A DNA stretch of 63,427 nucleotides, counting the filler, from Asterionella formosa (Eukaryota), in assembly GCA_002256025.1 (NCBI GenBank). It is 19 parts of 19 records of this genome, joined end to end, with 100 filler letters (N's around TTAATTAATTAA, not from the genome) between each part and the next. Parts side by side here need not be neighbours in the genome. Positions count along the whole stretch, not along the records: positions 59,699 to 61,513 come from NKIB01001127.1; positions 61,614 to 63,427 come from NKIB01001128.1; 17 more parts are not named here. One strand, 5' to 3'. The translations under genes and the position numbers were made by a program. Shown one piece after another: positions 59,760 through 63,427 of the stretch. The notes under the pieces are model-generated. The model saw only the letters and a program-made list of their open reading frames with translations, ran no database searches and was not told the DNA's origin. Position 1 is the first letter of the stretch. Every line of letters starts with the position of its first letter.

Positions 59760-60500
59760 ATAATCCATAACTTTCTTATTCGCTTTCTCACTCTCCTTCT
59801 ACTCTGCTCTTCTTTTCTCCTAGTCTTATCGTCCAGTGCTTCCGTTCCCAGTTTAAAGCGTCCAGCCACCACATGAACCATTTATTTTGCGCGATCGCCA
59901 ATAGCGCCAACTGGCAAGTCATCTTATCAAGATTGATGCCCACCACATGCTTGTGGTGCTGGAGCAAGTTTCATGGTCTCAATGGAACACTTTTTTCGTT
60001 TGTATTTGTTCCCCCCCTTCTCACCGGAAGGTTGTGTTTGTTGAGTCTCATGCTGTTCCGGTCTATCGGCTAGATTATTGTTTCTCTCACTGCTGTGTTT
60101 ATCTGCATTACATGTATCTGGTGTCAAAGTGGACGATGCAGTAGTGGTGGCTCTGGTTCCAAAGGTAAGTGTACTGCTAGTTTCGATTCGTTCTGCTGGG
60201 GAACAATCCAATAGCACTATAGAATTCAAACCCCCTACTACTAGATCTTTGCTGTCATTATTCAATTTCTTCAAAGGGTACTTCACCATGTCTTTTGTTA
60301 GCCACGTTATTGTGTCAACTTTGTCTGCTACTAATAATCTAGATAGCAATAGCGCCACTTGGTAAAACAACTCCTCCACCGCTAGCCTTTCTAACGTCTA
60401 CTTCTCTGACATTGTTGTTTAGAACAAGCTTTACTAAATCCTTATCTAGAGACTTACAAATAACTCTGTACTTGCTCGAGGTTTGGTACTTCTTCGGTTC
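59760..60500 (-). pseudogene. Decayed ORF (possible retroelement gag) containing a kinesin-like motif
   Basis: GG.NSIVLLDCSPAERIETSSTLTFGTRA embedded in otherwise unrelated sequence. Confidence 0.35.
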
Positions 60501-61009
60501 ATTATACTAAGTTGTAAGATCCGGAGAAATGAAAATGTGGTATATTGTGATGTTCTCGAGAGCATTTCAGGATGCATCTATGTTGACAGTAAAAAATCAC
60601 TAAATTGCTATGGTGTGAACTAGTGTGCATGTTTACATTGGGATGTCGCACACAATCGCGCCGTAATAATAATCCACCTCAAGAAAAGCGTTAAAGGAAG
60701 CTATATTAATTTGGAGTATAAAACATTATTTGATATCGTATATGAATATAAAATGTCGGCCCAGCTAAACGAGGTAATTTTATTTTCTTCCGATGTGCCT
60801 CACTCAACATTTTCGAAGTCGTTTATCTCACCAACTGGAACACAACATCGATCGGGCGTTAAGACATACTATATGTAGATGCGTGAAACAAATGACTTGT
60901 TCATAGTAAATATTGTCGTATTGCTAAAATTGAAAAAGTTTGTAGTACAAAATGTAAGATTACCCCGTTATAGTGGTCTAAGCAGTTCATAGTGGTCTTA
61001 AGCAGTTTT

Positions 61010-61420
61010 TGACTGGTACCAGGTATCAGGTACCAGGTACCAGGTACCTTGTACTTGGTAATACGTTTGCATGTTGTATGTATGATGTACGACAGTGCAC
61101 AGTACCAGGTACCTGGTCCTCTGGTACTTGGTACCTGGTACCAGGGTACCAGGTACAAGGTACCTGGTACTGGTACATTGTACTGGTATTGATATACACC
61201 GTAAACGGAGTAGAAGGTACGTGGTTTATACGTACAGCAGGTACGCACCTGGAGCCAGGTTCCTGGTACCAGTACTGGTACCTGGTACACGAGACCATAT
61301 ACGGTTTACGGAAGACAGGTTCAAAGTACCGGTACCTGGTACCTGGTACCTGGTACCTGGTACCTGGTACCTGGTACCTGGTACCTGGTACCTGGTACCT
61401 GGTACTGGTACCGGTAGTCC
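61010..61420. repeat. (GGTACCW)n heptamer satellite; pure array about 61331-61405
   Basis: About 10 perfect GGTACCT units, plus mixed-orientation degenerate copies upstream. Confidence 0.95.
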
Positions 61421-63114
61421 TCTGTCTACCTGTTCATTTTACTCCAGCATTCTGCCTTATATACAGTATACCGGCATTACATTTACCGGTACACATGTAA
61501 AACACAGCCCACCNNNNNNNNNNNNNNNNNNNNNNNNNNNNNNNNNNNNNNNNNNNNTTAATTAATTAANNNNNNNNNNNNNNNNNNNNNNNNNNNNNNN
61601 NNNNNNNNNNNNNCGGGGTTAAATTACCGAACTAAAACCCCCGCCCGGGGGGGGGGGGGGGCCCCCCCCCCCCCCTCCTGCACATTTTCTCGAGGTGGCA
61701 CAAAAGAACACCCAACAATTTTCTAGACGTAGACAAAGTAACGTGCTACCGGTATTTATGTACCGGTACACTATTGTTCCATCAGTCATCGTAGGAGACT
61801 CACAGAGGCCAGAATCCGAAGGTTCCCATTACATACTAGGTGTCAACAGTACAAAGGAGGCAGGGTTTCGTGGACTCCTTATGTCAGTCCATGAGCTATA
61901 GGTGCACTCTCTATTTAAAAGTGGAGTTTAGCAGAGCATTGCTACATTTACTCTAGAGGTACACATGTACCCGGTACCAAAAGTTTATGCCAAATCAACA
62001 TCCATGCAATCACTGGTTTTCACTGCTCCTGCAATAATCCTTGTTTACTTTTTCATCTCCTCCTCTTTCTGCATTCTCTTTCTGTCGGAATTCTTTACTA
62101 TCATATGGTTCTGTCCCCACCTGTATGAGTTGTTCTTTCTTGGCCACTTGGATAGCGCCTTTCATCATGATGAATCGGTCGTTTTTAGGATTTATTAACT
62201 ATAGGGACCCGGAGGTCCCTGCAGCTTATGTACCACTAAATTCTGTGATCAGCGCTGTAGTACTGTGGTAGTCTTTCTTAAACTCGCCTTTATAATTGGC
62301 TAAAAAATTTTATGGCCCCATAATATATTATAATATCAATAATTCCTGTACTTTGTTATCCTTATTTAAACATGTTTATAAGGTCACTGATGCTACCAAG
62401 CTTCACTAAAATTTCAGTGAAAACTCATCGAAGAAGAAGTACCAATAGTAAAAATAGGTTATAACAACCCTGCTTTTACAAATGTTTGACTAGGGTGAAG
62501 GTTTCATGTGGTACACAAATAAAAATGAACATTATAGTAGGAATGTTCTACTGGTGTACATTTACAAAATGAATTGCACATAATTCCCCATTGCCATTAT
62601 GACCACCATGGTAAAATGATTCTTAATACTGAATTTTGTACAACTACCCAACTTTTTTTATAATTTTTGTGATTAGATAGAATATAAGTATTGTAAGCAA
62701 GAATTTTAAAAATTGCTCACATAACTGTGAAAGTCATTGCAAAATAGCTCAAATAGAAATTCGGAGAAAAAATGGCTGGTGCTCCTCGACTGAAGTGACA
62801 ACCGCTGTAAATCAATAAGTCATAAACTAAATCATCTTTTACTGAAAACAACAATTGATTAATAAATCATGATATATCTGTTTACCATTCTAGGCGGCAT
62901 ATCATCATTGTGATGATGTTGTTCCTACTACTACCTGTAGCTTGTACCACAGCTGGTGGTAAACCTGTTCCAGGTTCATGTACATATATATTCAATATCT
63001 TATCAATTCATATCATATATACTACCGTAGTACTTCGCACATTGTTGCATATGTAAAGTCATTATTGTTATACAGCTGTTGGTTAATGTATTCTATCTAT
63101 GCCTGTACTAAGGA

Positions 63115-63226
63115 GTGTGGCTGGGAGTCGAACCCAACAATTGCTTCTCAAAAAAGTGGCGGGGGTTGGACCTCAGAACCTCAGATCAAAGGCAACGTGC
63201 TAAACCACCACTAAGCAGTCCCACAC
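63115..63226 (-). pseudogene. tRNA-like pseudogene or SINE head
   Basis: GTGTGG/CCACAC acceptor, GCTTAGTGG D-arm, TTGGGTTCGACTCCCAG T-arm, and a ~45-nt anticodon-loop insert containing T6. Confidence 0.6.
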
Positions 63227-63332
63227 GGCGGTCTTGCCTGGTGTGCATATAAAATAGTGGGTTTCCCCCCTATATGCATCTTGTGCCGCCTTCCTAGGCG
63301 GTCGGAGTTTCCCCTAATGCTGCAGCTACGAA

Positions 63333-63427
63333 GACGATCACCTTTCTCGAAATGTGGTTGGGGACTCACCTATGCTAACCAAAGACAATCACCTTTTGCG
63401 AAAGGTGGTTGGGGAGCGACTCACCTA
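63333..63427. repeat. About 51-bp imperfect tandem repeat at the contig end
   Basis: GAC(G/A)ATCACCTTT..CGAAA.GTGGTTGGGGA...CTCACCTA occurs twice. Confidence 0.8.

Noticed and set aside
60901..61565. ORFs rich in YLVPGTW / YQVPGT
   Set aside because: They are translations of the GGTACCW heptamer repeat.
61636..61680. Poly-G/poly-C hairpin or G-quadruplex
   Set aside because: Homopolymer runs at a contig edge are most likely a sequencing or assembly artefact.

Overview
This is eukaryotic nuclear DNA, most likely from a diatom (inferred from short GT-AG introns, CoDi-like Copia and Gypsy relics, and diatom-style secreted proteins). It is not one locus. It is 19 unrelated contigs joined by 100-bp artificial linkers (N44-TTAATTAATTAA-N44): 18 contigs of 1814-1820 bp and one of 28.9 kb (9598-38511). 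Host genes: ExoV-like polysaccharide pyruvyltransferase, a near-identical 492-bp tandem fascin-like domain array, COG4, ELF1, a PqiA-like membrane protein, an Aurora-like kinase 3' end, a cyanobacterial-type aldo/keto reductase, a 3-exon prolyl 4-hydroxylase, and three secreted Pro/Thr/Ser-repeat proteins, two of them with Lys/Met-rich tails. The rest is mostly decayed transposons (Gypsy, Copia, LINE, MULE-like, PIF/Harbinger-type, MITEs) that show CpG-deamination damage, plus a pervasive quasi-palindromic (GGTACCW)n heptamer repeat. The best novel candidate is a complete tRNA-derived SINE (22319-22561, 13-bp TSD) whose 3' tail matches LINE-like 3' ends on two other contigs, a putative diatom SINE/LINE partnership. 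All family assignments come from motif recognition only; no database searches were run.
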